From positions 850 through 64,849 of the forward strand of contig JAQGDQ010001077.1 of assembly GCA_030141605.1 (NCBI GenBank): a DNA stretch of 64,000 nucleotides, in the 5' to 3' direction. This DNA comes from Tubiluchus corallicola (Eukaryota; Animalia; Priapulida). Below are positions 1 through 14,216 of this stretch, one piece after another. Below the pieces are notes generated by a model. That model was not told the origin of the DNA. It saw only the letters and a list, made by a program, of their open reading frames with translations, and ran no database searches. The position numbers and the translations under genes were made by a program. How positions within the stretch are numbered: the first letter of the stretch is position 1; each line of letters opens with the position of its first letter.

Positions 1-310
1 AAATCAGGAGTGGAGCCCCGAAGGCGGACCAGTCCAGCATGCTCACTGACTCCGGCAGCTCCTGCAGCCAACCTGGTGCCAAACGTATCGCTCCGCTTTC
101 CTTTGGACTACACCAGGGAGGAAGAGAGGGGGTTCCTGTTGTCTGGGCAACTCAGGATCTCCATACACCTTGCCCAGGTGTGCGCCCGGGGAGACGTTCA
201 AAGATCGGACTGCTGAGCCACTGTTGATGCTGCAGCTCCATCAATGTGATCAATAACTGACTCTCTTGGCACACATTCCATTGTCTTCCGAGACAGAAGG
301 ATGACAACAT
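1..310 (+). mobile_element. 3' part of RTE-type SINE/non-autonomous retroelement (second copy of the 47060-47590 element; 5' end lies outside the window)
   Basis: Colinear and highly similar to 47267-47586 (aaatcaggagtggagccc...ccagcatgctcactgactccggcagctcctgcagccaacctggtgccaaac...ccattgtcttccgagacagaaggatgacaac); ends in an RTE-like tail. Confidence 0.85.
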
Positions 311-761
311 CCTTGAATTATGAAATTATGAAATCTTCTTTGCAATGATTTGCTAGGCAATTTTTGTAGTCAGGTATTTTTTGTTTTCATTAACTAAGAT
401 GCACATTTTCTGGAATAAGTGACAAATCGTTACTAAACGTTCACGCATTTTTAATGTTTTTCCCATGATATTATAGTTATTCTGTGGGGTAGTGAGCAAG
501 AGCTTGTGAGGCTTGGGCCAGAGAGGTGTGGTTTTGTTGTGGTGACTGCTAATTTGTGTAACTATTTTTGACGAGCATCCATCTGTTACGAGCCACAGAA
601 GCTGGTAGACTAACAAACCACCATGGCAAGTATCCTGTGATTGTAATGTGCTGCAGGATAGTCACATGAAGGAAAATAATGTGTTTTCCTATTTGTAAAT
701 TATTATCTTCATTTCTTTGCTGTTTGTTGTAAAGAACAGTTCACTAGCTGACAAGACATAG

Positions 762-1120
762 AACATTTATTTGCTACAGTTAGTTTAACATCAAAAGTTT
801 TTTAAATATTACGTAATTATAATCATGGAGCAGGGCAGGGAAGGACCATAGGGCCATCTAGTCTCCTGCCCTTTCTTATAAATAGAATAGTATATTAAAA
901 AATAACAGTGATGCTGCAGATAACAAAAACAAAAACAAACAAGAAAAAATAATAATAAAAACAGTGTAAATTTTACAATTTATCCAAAAAGAACTGTAAG
1001 CAAAAAATAATAAAGTTAGATACCTAAATCTAAACAAAACAATACAATTATTCAGTAATTAGGATTATTATATGTAGTAGTTTCAAATGGGGTCTTATTA
1101 ACAAGGGAATTTGACCAGGG
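762..1120 (-). mobile_element. Degenerate LINE 3' end (CR1/L2-like)
   Basis: On the minus strand: an ORF-end-like remnant (GQIPLLIR), a T-rich 3'UTR with stem-loop gggcaggagactagatggccctatggtccttccctgccc, then aataaa. Confidence 0.4.
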
Positions 1121-1577
1121 TCAGTGAGTAAAGTTAAAAACTGAGAGTATGGAAAGACAAGAGGTGACGTCACTTTAAACAACAAACACACAGTATAGTA
1201 GACAAACGTTTTGACGTGTCTTTGTAATTTTGACTGCATACATACATTGTACCAGTTCCTTCGTGACCTTGCCTTGTCATCACCTTTACTAGTTGGATAT
1301 AGATTAGAAGCCAGCCCATTTCTTCCCTGTCCATTATGTGCAAGTAACCACATTTGAGTTGTCAGTTATTTTATGTTAGAGATAAATTATACATATAGTG
1401 CTGCGTTCACGTGCACGTGTAATTTTGTTTGAAAATCAAAAATTGAACAGCATCGCTATCATTCAGTTTGCAGCTTGGCAGCGTGCTGGCAATTGCTGGT
1501 GCATGCCACTGAGATGGTTGAAAAGGTTTGAAATTAAAAAATGGCTTCAAAGTTTAAATCTGTCAAAATTGTAACTT

Positions 1578-1941
<364 letters not shown>

Positions 1942-2671
1942 AAATTTTGGCAACAGTTTTGCTTGAAAGCTGTCATAAAGATACGATTCGCCTGCGTCAA
2001 GCGTGTTCGTTTCTCTTTTAATGCTTTTAAGTGCAAACTCTGTAACAGTACTGGAGTAGAAAAATTTTCATTTTGTAAAAGTCCTGTAAGTTTCACTTAT
2101 GATAAAGATAGTGTGTGAAACGTAATAATTTATTACAGTATGATGTAACAATTTTGATGTCACCATGCATTGAATGTCATTATATTGTACTGAATGTGAT
2201 AATAATAAAAACTTCAAGCTTCAGTTACTTTAGCGACAGTATTTTATAAAGTGGAAAGTTTTAGTTGTAGCCGGGAAATCGTTCTGTGGACTGCCTTTAT
2301 TAGGAAAATTTGACTATCCGCATAAGCCTCCTTAAGGTACCATGTGACTGGATGAAGCCAAAATTATTGAACTTTGAAGCCAAACTTGAGAGAAAGGAAA
2401 GAAATGTTTAAGTTGGGACTGTTGCCTAGATTTCACGTTTAAGGTATCGGAAAATACGTCAGGCTTGACCCCCCCCCCCCCCAGTGGTGTGGTTAATGGG
2501 TTTGCCTTATATAAACAGCCAAAGTATTGATCTTCTAACTGCTGCAGGTGAATAGATTAATTTTGTTCTGTTATTTTATTTGTAAAAAATTTGGTTTCAT
2601 GACCCAGTTCAAAGACAATTCCCAGAAGTTATCTTTGCAATTCTGTCGTTGGCAGACAAAGTTTTGACAAG

Positions 2672-3440
2672 CTTGAAACGAAGTACAACCGTACTTGAAA
2701 CGAAGAACAACCATACTTGAAACGAGGTACAACCGTACTTGAAACGAGGTACAACCGTACTTGAAACGAGGTACAACCGTACTTGAAACGAAGTACAACC
2801 GTACTTGAAACGAAGCACAACCATACTTGAAACGAGGTACAACCGTACTTGAAACGAGGTACGACCGTACTTGAAACGAGGTACGACCGTACTTGAAACG
2901 AGGTACAACCGTACTTGAAACGAAGTACGACCGTACTTGAAACGAGGTACGACCGTACTTGAAACGAAGTACAACCGTATTTGAAACGAGGCACAACCGT
3001 ACTTGAAACGAAGTACGACCGTACTTGAAACGAGGCACAACCGTACTTGAAACGAGGCACAACCGTACTTGAAATGAAGTACGACCGTACTTGAAACGAA
3101 GTACAACCGTATTTGAAACGAGGCACAACCGTACTTGAAATGAAGTACAACCGTACTTGAAACGAAGTACAACCGTACTTGAAACGAGGCACAACCGTAC
3201 TTGAAACGAAGTACAACCGTATTTGAAACGAGGCACAACCGTACTTGAAACGAGGCACAACCGTACTTGAAATGAAGTACGACCGTACTTGAAACGAAGT
3301 ACAACCGTACTTGAAACGAAGAACAACCGTACTTGAAACGAAGTACAACCGTACTTGAAACGAGATACAAATGTACTTGAAACGAAGTACAACCATACTT
3401 GAAACGAAGTACAACCGTACTTGAAACGAAGTACAACCGT
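2672..3440. repeat. 22-bp minisatellite, ~35 copies
   Basis: Unit gtacttgaaacgaagtacaacc with variants; the three minus-strand ORFs show a 22-aa (3x22 bp) period. Confidence 0.97.
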
Positions 3441-4159
3441 GCAAGCTACTTTTCCGTATTTAACTGGGGATCCTGGGGTTTCCCTTTGATCACGTCTAAG
3501 AGACCTGCTATAAAAGAGTGACTCGTGGCCCACTCATCCATGTTACACTCAAATTCAGAAATATCCACAATCACTCAACTCCATGCAGCCTACATTAAAA
3601 ATGTTAATGTGAAGCGTTTCAAATATGTCGAGTCTGCTACTTTGCACACATTTCCAGTTTTCCCCCAAATTGTTGTTTCGACATTTTCCCGAGCAGGAAT
3701 AATGGTAGACATACAGCATGTTGCTTAATGGCGCGAGTAGACAAAGTCTTGTGATAAGAACTTCATAAATATTTGAAGACGACATTAAATTTATTGTCGG
3801 AAAAGCTTAAACGGAAAAATGCTATTATGGGCGGCACGTTCAGCAACTTGGCTGGTTGGAAATGCATGAGTTTGCGCTTGGATTATGCATGAAATTGCAG
3901 ATTCGCATTGATTGTAAAATATGTTTTGGGAAATGCTTGACGAGCATTCAGAATTTTAGAGGCTGGGAACTGAATCCACTACTCGACGAACATTTGATTT
4001 AATAACCCAAGAACTAGAATTTTAAACGTGGTTTTCTCTTTTAAGTTACAATAATCATAAATGGCTATTTTTTCATTAAAAGCGTGGCAATGTGTCCGCG
4101 ATCTTCAAATTTACGGGCCTTCCAAATAACCCCACACGTTATTTACATTTTGAAAGACC

Positions 4160-4820
4160 AATAAGAGTGTAACAACATAACAAATCACAAATCACTCATA
4201 ACAAATCAAACCTCTGCAAAAGAGTTAAGAACAATGTTTAAAGTCCCAATTTTACATGCACATAAAGACTTCTACACAATCCTCTTTTTATATAAATACA
4301 TCAACAATATTAACACGCCCTGCATCAAAAATAAGCTTCCACTCCTCTTGGAGCCAACATTAAATCCAAGAACACACAATATTAGACAAATACGCACTAA
4401 TAAGAAATACGGCAGCAATTCTATCACTAAACAAGGAGTTCAACTTTGGAATACCCTGCCATCAAATTTAAAACAAATCAAGTCTTTCGACGAATTCAAA
4501 TCAAAATTAAAAATACATACGTTAAATCGTTTTGAAAACCCTACATACGTAAACGATAATATATATTCATCCGCAAATTTTATTTACCCACGTCCATTTT
4601 AAATTATATGCATATATTGTATATAGTCTATTATAATTTGCGTGTAACATTATAATGTATATTTTGTTTTAAATTTTTGGCACAGTAGTTTTTAGTTTGC
4701 ACTGGACGCATTTGCCTTTAACAGTTGTGTGAATTTTATTCTCATGCTGCGATGTTCTTTTATGCTTTTATAGTTATGAATATCGATGGCAAATAAAGAT
4801 TATTATATATTATATTATAT
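4160..4820 (+). mobile_element. 5'-truncated CR1/L2-like LINE (ORF2 C-terminus, 3'UTR, tail)
   Basis: ORF 4234-4602 contains GVQLWNTLPSNLKQIKSFDEFKSKLK, the typical LWNxLP...FKxxLK ORF2 end; followed by a 3'UTR, aataaa and a gattattatat tail; near-identical copy at 60865-61229. Confidence 0.85.
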
Positions 4821-5835
4821 AAGGTAGTAAGCAGCTCGAAACGTATGAAAATGGTTTCGTTGGTGTTTTTGTTTTCAGTTATACTGTGGTACCGAAGCAA
4901 TAAAACTATGATTTATGTTTGACTCAGTCTTCGTCAAAGGTCAAATATTATTTTTAATCCGAGTTTTACCAGTGTGGAATTCCCAAAACGCCGCAACTGT
5001 AAAAACAAGGCTAGAATGCAGAATGTCGTTATGACGATTATACGGCTTGAAGCCATATTTTCATTGAAAAGCTACAGAACCATTCCAAGCGAGGAATATG
5101 GTTTGGCAAACGTGCATCCACAAGAAAAAAACGAACAACATCAGCTTTGAATGCTTCGCCTAAACCTGCGTAATTTTGCTGTTTAGCGTTTTTCATGTGG
5201 TATTTTTGGTAGCTTTCGTATTATCTACATTGTTGTTACATTGTTCCTTTCACCTGTGTATTCTGTGCATTAAATGCATCAATTTAGAATGGCAAATCTT
5301 GCACTACAAATTTCTCACTTCCTCTTACCGGGTGGCTTCATCTGAAAGGCTTCACAAACATTGGAAATGGCACGACGCCAACTCTCCGCGTTCGCGAAAA
5401 GATGTTCCCCGGAGAGTTTGTTGGATCTTTTCATCCGGACGGGTGCTGCTGGCTAAAAGCTTCTGTAGAGAGATTTTTTTCTCCGCTAAACACGAATCAG
5501 GTCGATACGTGTGTTTATAGCGTGTATCAACTGTATTGTGTCACTGTTTCAGTAACAAAAGGTCACATTTATTGCCTGCGCGGGCAGTGACAATCGGCCA
5601 GCATTTATAGAAGCCGTCATGTATGCTAGTATCGCTGTTGACTTCTGTTCATTAATGAGCCCTTTTGTACGGGCTGGCTGACTTGCTTTTGTCAATGTTT
5701 ACCAGATCATCGGTAATTTCCGTTGCCTCCGAGGCAAGCTGCTGCTAATATTTGCCATATTCTGTGCACACAACGGTGGGACGGCAAGCATCTTTGTTGG
5801 GAGGACCTGAAGAATTTTACTGGTGAATGCTGACT

Positions 5836-6730
5836 ACCACAGAGTTGGTGTGATTCACTCACTTGTGTCATAAAAACTCACGCCTCACACAATGCTGCTG
5901 CTGTTTCTAATTCTTGACCATACAGTTGATGTGATTCACTCGCTTGTGTCATAAAAACTCACGCCTCACACAATGCTGCTGCTGTTTCTAATTCTTGACC
6001 ATACAGTTGATGTGATTCACTCGCTTGTGTCATAAAAACTCACGCCTCACACAATGCTGCTGCTGTTTCTAATTCTTGACCATACAGTTGATGTGATTCA
6101 CTCGCTTGTGTCATAAAAACTCACGCCTCACACAATGCTGCTGCTGTTTCTAATTCTTGACCATACAGTTGATGTGATTTACTCGCTTGTGTCATAAAAA
6201 CTCACGCCTCACACAATGCTGCTGCTGTTTCTAATTCTTGACCAAAAAGTTGATGTGATTTACTCACTTGTGTCTTAAAAACTCACACCTCACAAAATGC
6301 TGCTGCTGTTTCTAATTCTTGACCAAAAAGTTGATGTGATTTACTCACTTGTGTCATAAAAACTCACGCCTCACAAAATGCTACTGCTGTTTCTAATTCT
6401 TGACCACAAAGTTGATGTGATTCACTCACTTGTGTCTTAAAAACTCACGCCTCACAAAATTCTGCTGCTGTTTCTAATTCTTGACCACACAGTTGATGTG
6501 ATTTACTCACTTGTGTCATAAAAACTCACGTCTCACAAAATTCTGCTGCTGTTTCTAATTCTTGACCACAAAGTTGATGTGATTCACTCACTTGTGTCAT
6601 AAAAACTCACGTCTCACAAAATGCTGCTGCTGTTTCTAATTCTTGACCAAAAAGTTGATGTGATTCACTCACTTGTGTCTTAAAAACTCACGTCTCACAA
6701 AATGCTGCTGCTGTTTCTAATTCTTGACCA
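5836..6730. repeat. 81-bp minisatellite, 11 copies
   Basis: Unit ttgatgtgattcactcgcttgtgtcataaaaactcacgcctcacacaatgctgctgctgtttctaattcttgaccatacag; period checked at 5881/5962/6043. Confidence 0.97.
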
Positions 6731-7503
6731 ACTGTCTGACCGACTCACAAACAACTGTAATCAGCTGACCATTGACGACTATTTGCTCTGACTGACAGAC
6801 AGAAGAACTGACAGACAGACTTGTTCGAGTGATTATTCGGATGTTTGATTTTACCTGTCCAACTATGCAGCCAACAAATCATCCACTCAAAAGATTAATC
6901 GACTGACAGGCAAACCAACCAATAAATGTATTAATCAGCCATCCATCTTTGCCCGGTAGTCACGCAGCCAATCAAAATTGAAATTAGTAATGGCATGGTA
7001 AGGCGGACTGATTTTTGGTTTCCATGGTAATTACTTTAATTAGCGGACCTAGAAACGTATAAAAAATCTTGCAGTGTATTCCATGGGAGAAAATCCCATG
7101 TTTTTATTTGTCCTTTATTACACCATAGAATTCCGAATCCTTACCCACTTATTTGAACTATTTACTGATTGTACCAATTTACGTACCAATAAAATTTTCA
7201 TTTCCTGCATTTATTGTTGATTAAGATTTTAGAATTACCATCAGTCTTGCAGTTAAACAACTTCGGGCAATTTGCGCAGCGTTTAACGACAAAAAAACCT
7301 TTTATAGTCTTTGCCAAGTTTTTCTTTCATCCCGAATACGGGAGAATACTAACGTGTCGTAAAACAACGTTTCAAATTCTAACGAGTTACTTCCTTGCAT
7401 TCTTTGGGTATTTCCTTGTTCACAAATGTTTAAGCTAATTCAAGCCGAACTGAAATTATTGTCTTGTGTATGTAAATGTAAAAAAATTGTATTTACATGC
7501 AAC

Positions 7504-7553
7504 TAGTAGTAGTTGTAGTAGTTGTAGTAGTTGTAGTAGTAGTTGTAGTAGTT

Positions 7554-7644
<91 letters not shown>

Positions 7645-7688
7645 CAGTTGTAGTAGCAGGTGTAGTAGTAGTTGTAGTAGTAGTTGTT

Positions 7689-7754
<66 letters not shown>

Positions 7755-7777
7755 ATTATTATTATTATTATTATTAT
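7504..7777. repeat. Compound (TAG/TTG)n-(TTA)n microsatellite
   Basis: Direct reading. Confidence 0.98.
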
Positions 7778-8813
7778 GGTAAGTGCTGGTAAGGCCTACC
7801 TTACGAAATCCTAAGAAGTGCAAATATTGTACACGTATAGTATAAGTTATTTTGCGTAGTTCACACGTGCTAAATATGAGTAATTTTCTTTGCATGCATT
7901 TGTCTTTTGGTGTACTTTTTCCGAGGCTGTCTGTAATCTTTTGCCTTATACGGAATTCATTTGAAAGAATTTTTGAAGGATTTTGAAAAGTTGAATCTCT
8001 CGGTGTGGACAGAACGATGTGACACGTTTATTCTATGTTGTCTTCAAGATGCAAGATTGTAAGATTAAGATATTCAAGATTAAATTTGTGTACATGATCC
8101 GTTTATTTCAGGCATAATTCACTGGGTCTGTTTTTTAAATTTACGTTTAGAAGAATAAACGAGAGATGCCGCTAGCCTCAGACATCAGTTTTTCAGTTGT
8201 TATTTAGGTTGTTAAGCATTCCAGTAATTGGAAAAGTTTTAATATTGGCACGAAAACACGTTTTTTTAAAGGAGCAACGCCAACAATTCGACTTTTTTCC
8301 AGATAATTATTCATAAGGCCAACAATTCCACTTTTTTCCAGATAATTATTCATTTGCTCGTATTTGTATCTTAGAAGGAAAATTCATCTTTGGATGACAA
8401 CCCCATTCATTCTAGCAATTCATTGTTTGGTTTCTGCAGTTTTTTGAACATTTTTGAGCAGAAAATGACTATAGTTTGCTTCACACGAAGGCAACCCACG
8501 CCTTCCAATTAGTCTTAATGAAAAACTTAATAAACCGCGTAATTGATGCGCTCCTGCTAGGTTTATCTTCTGATCTTGCCTAATTAACCTATGCTGCAAA
8601 ATAAGAAATGGTGGTTTATTGCTTCCCACCTCCGATTACCATATAGTCATTTAGTATAACTTCAACAGGAGTGGTGGGTTTATAGACAACAGAAACAAAT
8701 GCTTTTACCGACAGTACAGACGAGTCTTTAGTTGAATTAGCAGTTAGCTAATGCTTTGTTCACTTTTTTCTTCGAAAATCCGCGGGTCACGACGGTGTGA
8801 GGGTTTTTTAAAC

Positions 8814-9451
8814 TTAAAGGAAAGGTCAACACTTCTAGGAGGTTAGGCTTATTTCTGTGTTTGCGAAAAATGCTCGAAGAATTTAGTAATACAACTTCAA
8901 TAAGCGCCTCGTGTAATTAGTAAAATCACTTTAAACTCACGATCACTTCATGTTTGCTTGCTCCCATTTTCAATGCCCATTCTTCTTCCAATGACGTCAT
9001 TCGTCTTGAAGAACAGTAACGCACTGTCAATCTTCACTAAAAGTACAATAAGTTTCTTCAAAAGAATTAGGCAGCTAATTTTTTAATATCGATGCGTGAA
9101 CATTAGGTGAGCTGCAGAAGTTTGTATTAGTTTAAGCAGCGCGCGCTTACGGAAAGCCACGACGCGCTTACGAAAAGTCACGAACTCTCACAGTTACGTC
9201 ATGATTTTTAAGTGAATGGCGGCAACCACCACGTCTGAAAATTTCTATTTAGATGTTCCATATTTTAAATCTATGCTTTATTTTCAGTTCTTTGCAAATT
9301 TCTTTGTTATAGTTTTCTAAGTTTAAGTGATAACAGTAGAATGAACCCAACGTACTGAGTGACTTGTGCTTTCCTTTAGCACACCACAAACAGTTTAAGT
9401 GATAACAGTTAAATAAACCCAACGTACTGAGTGACTTGTTCTTTCGTTTAA
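8814..9451 (+). mobile_element. TTAA-flanked non-autonomous DNA transposon (Kolobok-like), copy 1
   Basis: TTAA|AGGAAAGG...CTTTCGT|TTAA; left ~270 bp homologous to the copies at 11193 and 54252; right terminus present twice (about 9345-9378 and 9415-9451). Confidence 0.7.
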
Positions 9452-11192
9452 AATGTGTTTTAAACCCGTGTTTAATCCGCACTAGTCGCATAAAGGCGAC
9501 GGACGGACGGCAGTTTGATTATAACCCACAATCGTCAAAATTTTAGAGAAATTGTTTCAGAAGCTGAATGCTTCGCGAAACCACAATTTTTAAAAGTGCA
9601 CATCTGTTCGCATCGCTACCCCATGTCTTAGCCACTTTGTGCAAGCTTTCGGGTGGTATATAATGAGATTTTCTGATTGTGATGCCCGTACAGAGTATTG
9701 AAGTTATTGAAACACGCACGCTTATTGCCAGTAATAGATTATTTAGATGCACCTGTACAGGTGAATTTACCTCGAACCGGTTTTCCATGAGCATATCGCG
9801 AATCGATACGCTTTTGGTCACCTTGCATGTTTGTATCTGTCGCTGGGCTCCATTGATTTGTATACCTGATAACTGAGAACGCGTGCACCTGTGTAGATTC
9901 TTAACGAACAACGACAACGGTTTGCCAAAGTACTTCTTCAGGTGGGTTAATTCGCCCTACAAAGTGGTGAAACGGAATCGTACGAATCATTTGATCTTTT
10001 CCATGCTCAAATTAAACCCGGTTTTTCCACGCGCGACACGATCAAAGTGTCATTAACTTTTGCCTTGCTTCAGCAATTACCTTTCTCGACAACGTCTGTC
10101 GACTAACGATTTTTTAAACACGTTGCTTTTGCACCTTTTCAATGTACTTTGACTTGTTAAATTTTTAATGTGCCTTGGGCCAACGGGAGGTCATGTTGGC
10201 GTTTTATGCGGGGAGCAATCACTTATTACTAAGTGCACGGTGGCGTTAGCGAACTGAACCCGTGTCACCTAGCTGCTCTCCATTTTAAATGGCTTCTTCT
10301 TGGCAAAGTTACACAGTCGCCTGCTTGACATGCCCAATACAGGATGTAGGCAGGGCTGCTACCCCGTCATTAAACCAATTCAGGAGTCAAGAACTAGCTA
10401 GGGGGCCTGTAAGCTCCCCCAGTGGTGCTTGGGGCCCGGAAGTCATACATGTTAGACGTTTTATGAACTCTTTCTTAGAAACTAAACTCACGAGATTCAA
10501 ACTAGAAAGTGGTACAAATTGTTGATTTTACATTCCAAAAAGTCCTAAAAGTCTAAAACTTACAAAAGTGCAAGCACTGTACATCAGTTTCTTCCCACTC
10601 ACATTCCTCATTGAGAAGAAACCATTTTTTAGGTTTCTGGAATCGGGTTTAGCAATCAAATTATTAAACATTTTATGTTACGTGAATTAAAGCTAAAACT
10701 GGAGAATACTCGATTGGCACCACTTGTCACTGCAGCAAAAAATCTTGAGAAACGTGGTCGGGGTGAAATGATGAAGCTATGCAACCGATTAAAATTAATT
10801 TAACAAGTTTACTGTTACCTTAATTAACAGACTCAGCTGCTTTTCGACTTAATCTTTTGCAAAGTCTCAATAGCAGGCAAGTTCTATTTCCGTTTTTCCA
10901 CTTAAATTTAAATGTGATGGTCAAAATCAGCAGATTTCAAAAATTTTCAAAAATCCGACCGAACTACGAATCTATGGCTGAATTTCAGGAGACTTCTAGA
11001 TGTAGATCGCCTTCTTGTTTTTCTAGTAACGCGTGTTTCTCTGTTTCCTAGTAACACTTACAATGAATATTATACTTCTAGCACCTTTACATCTGCCGCA
11101 CGTTCACTACTCGTCGGTGCTTTCAAGTGCTTTTCAGCAATGCTTGAGTGTGTTTTACCTTTTTTGTGTAGCAGTGTGTTTGCCCTTTGTGC

Positions 11193-11538
11193 TTAAAGGA
11201 AAGGCCAAGCTTTCTAGGAGGTTACGCTTATTTGAATGTTTGAAGGATTTAGCATTAAAACTGTAATAAGCGCCTCGTTGTAATTAGGGAGATCACTTTA
11301 AAGTCGCGATCACTTCCTGCTTAGTCGTTCCCATTTTCAGTGTCATTTCTTCTTCCAATGACGTCATTCGTCTTGATTCTTTTGAAGAAAGTTAGCGCGC
11401 TGTCAATCGTCACCAAAAGTTTAATAAGTTTTTACAAAAAATTAAATACCCGGTAGCTAATTTTGTAATTCTTTTGTAAGTCTAAGTATTAACAGAAAAA
11501 TAAACACAACATACTGAGTGACCCGTTCTTTGCCTTAA
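11193..11538 (+). mobile_element. TTAA-flanked non-autonomous DNA transposon (Kolobok-like), copy 2, internally deleted
   Basis: TTAA|AGGAAAGGCCAAG...tactgagtgacccgttctttgcc|TTAA; shares taagcgcctcg and cttcttccaatgacgtcattcgtcttga with copy 1. Confidence 0.7.
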
Positions 11539-12249
11539 AAGTCTTTTACTGCTCTAGTTCACCAGTTTTGCGAGGTTGATCTTGGTGGCGACTGGCAATC
11601 CGTTAACGAGTCATGCTTTTGTCCCTATATTTCCTATCAGATGTTGTAAACATACACCTCCTATAACCAGCAAGTTAGTTATAAGAAATCTACTTCATTT
11701 AACTTGCATACATGTTTTCTCCTGTGTAGTAATGTAGTTTCTTGCCCTGAGTGTCATTTGCCTTGTTTGCAAAAATGATGATGATGGAGCAAACGTTAGA
11801 GAAGATTCATTAACAAATTAACAACACGTCTAGCAATAAAACATTTCAAGGCCCAGGAAAATCTCAAGCACTCTGCTACATTTTGGTCAAAAATAATCAA
11901 TTATCTTGTGGGCGTAATGTATTAAAAAGGGAAACATCACATCAATGCCCTTAAAAATGAAGGTGGAAGTCGGTATTACAGTGAGGTGGACCTTTGGCCT
12001 GTCTTCCACATGCAGTCCCATCCTCTTGACAAGTGCACCTTTGGCCGGTGTTCCACATGCAGTCCCGTCCTCCTGACAGGTTGTCCTTTGTCCACTTAAA
12101 ATATGAAAAGTGGTTTTTTGACTGGTGGTTCTTAGTTCTTGGTGGGCCTTTGATCAGTGTCTCTTTGACCTATGCTTAACAAATTCATTGAGATGATCTT
12201 GGTAAGCACTCTTCCTCATTCCCCTACGTTTAAACTCCTCATGGGTTTA

Positions 12250-12490
12250 CTCTGGGCATTCCTAGACGTATAACAAGTGTTTATAAATCAAATTTTTCCC
12301 TCCGACTTCTTATCTGTGGAAGTCTTTACCAGGTTATTGATTTTTGAAAATTATATCCTTTACTCGATTCAAGAAGAATATCAGCGAACACCTTCTATTG
12401 CCAGCAAATTAGTTATATTAAGTTCTATTTCTCTGTTCATCATTGCCTTCTTATTGTAGCCATTGTCCTGAGTGGTCTTTGGCCTTGTAC
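12250..12490 (-). mobile_element. Possible highly decayed RTE-like LINE 3' fragment
   Basis: Minus-strand fragments TIRRQ / NLLAIEG / NLVKTSTDK loosely follow the order of RTE C-terminal motifs; many stops. Confidence 0.25.
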
Positions 12491-13416
12491 GGGCTGATTT
12501 GTATAAAAAGTTCCGAGTTTATCAGAATATTCATGAGCGCCTGAATGTTATTTGTGACATTTACCCGGGGGGTCCCCTAACGACGTTGAAATCTCGTGTC
12601 ATTTGTAACTCGGATGCAGTTATTTCTACACCATCATTACGGCATTGCTTAATTACTTATATTGTTGTTGTTGTTGTAGCATCTGGCGTGCGAGCAGTGT
12701 GCGTGTCCCTGGAGGTCGGCTTGGTGAATATGCGATTTTGGTCGAGTGCAGAATGCCGTGTGTGCGTCGTGTGGCTTGCAAAGCGCGTTCAAATCAATAG
12801 CCAACGTCTGTTTCCCTCCTGCTTTGCTAGCTTGCTGCCGACATCGGCAATTGACAACTAAATGAGGCATCATCCACATGATCGTTTCATCCCCAATCAC
12901 TTGATAGCTGTGCCTTGGAGACGGACATTGTCGTGTACGTGTGTATACGTGTGCGAGCTTGCTTGCTTGCATCACCTCCGTCGTTTTCTCCTCATCCCAC
13001 AGAGTGCTGCAGCTTCAGCAGCTGAGGTTGTGCTGCTTCTGTCATCGTTAATTAGATTCGCCGCTCAGCGCCACTGACTGACAGAGGCTGTCGGTAGAGC
13101 AACTCGCTTGGACGTTGCACGGAGTGGCTCTTCATAACTGAATTGTATCTGCATCGAAGACGGCTAGCAAGTCGTCCAAGAAGAACAAAACGCCATAAGC
13201 TACGTCTTACCGTGAATTGCTGTTGTCTGGTGTTGAAAGGAAGTGTTAAAATCATTTGATGGTCGAGTATTACGTTGAGAAGCAAAACGTGCGTTCTTGA
13301 TAATCGCTTGAAGCAAAACGTGCGTTCTCGATTGCTGCTGTGAGCTTTTTTCTAAGATTTCGCTAGCCGCCAGTACAGCGTCTATCTGTCTCTCTTACTT
13401 TTTTCTTTTGTTTGAG

Positions 13417-13525
13417 GTTAACTAACACATCTAGCAAGCTGGCTTACATTGTGCACCCTCCCGCTCCGCAGGGAATTGTGTTTGCGCCACTAACCCCACT
13501 AACACCTGCAGGGGTAACACCGGTG
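13417..13525 (+). CDS. Candidate internal coding exon (LTNTSSKLAYIVHPPAPQGIVFAPLTPLTPAGVTPV), product unknown
   Basis: Long pyrimidine tract ending in AG at 13415-16 (alternative in-frame TAG at 13432-34), open Pro-rich frame, GC-richer than flanks, GTACGT donor at 13526; no partner exons identified. Confidence 0.3.
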
Positions 13526-14216
13526 GTACGTATGCTGATTTAACTTACTAACTGTGCATTGTATGTATGTAGTGATTGCATGTATGCTTGTTTGGGGACG
13601 ATGTGACTTCCTCCGCTATAAGTTTCTTTTACGATCGTGTCATCTTTGTATGTCATATGCGTATTTATGCTATAACTGTGAGCGATGATCATAACGGTGG
13701 ATGCATTTGTTCGCTGTTTCACCTCACATAAATGCTTCTAATCTCATTTTATACACCATGAATGCATCAAAGGTCTAATTAAGTGTTTAGATGCGGGCAA
13801 TGTGGTGTTAGTGTTTATCAGTACTTGTACATATTTTGTACTTAATCTCAATTAATTACCATTTTGCCAGATGATCCTTGTTACATATGAACTGTTGTAA
13901 CATAATAGGGTTATACATTAATAATCAATTAGTATCATTTGAATGTCGTGCGCCCATACAATATGCATGTATAAAGAAAACTTTTGCGGTGTGTTGATAA
14001 CTTGGCAAGGCTAAATATACATCTCCTGATTTTATTCATAGCCGGTGAATGAATGAATGAATGAATGAACGAATAAAGCGTAAAAGAATTAATGAACAAA
14101 TTAATTAGTTAATAAAAATTATATGTGGATTAGTGCATGAATGATAGAGTGAATAATGAAAGAAAACAAACAAGTGGCTGGTAGAACATAAAAGTAAATA
14201 AATTTCATTGGCGTTG

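Noticed and set aside
10380-10725. Possible hAT-type MITE remnant (ctgtaagctccccc...gggg motif)
   Set aside because: No clear TIR pair or TSD could be defined
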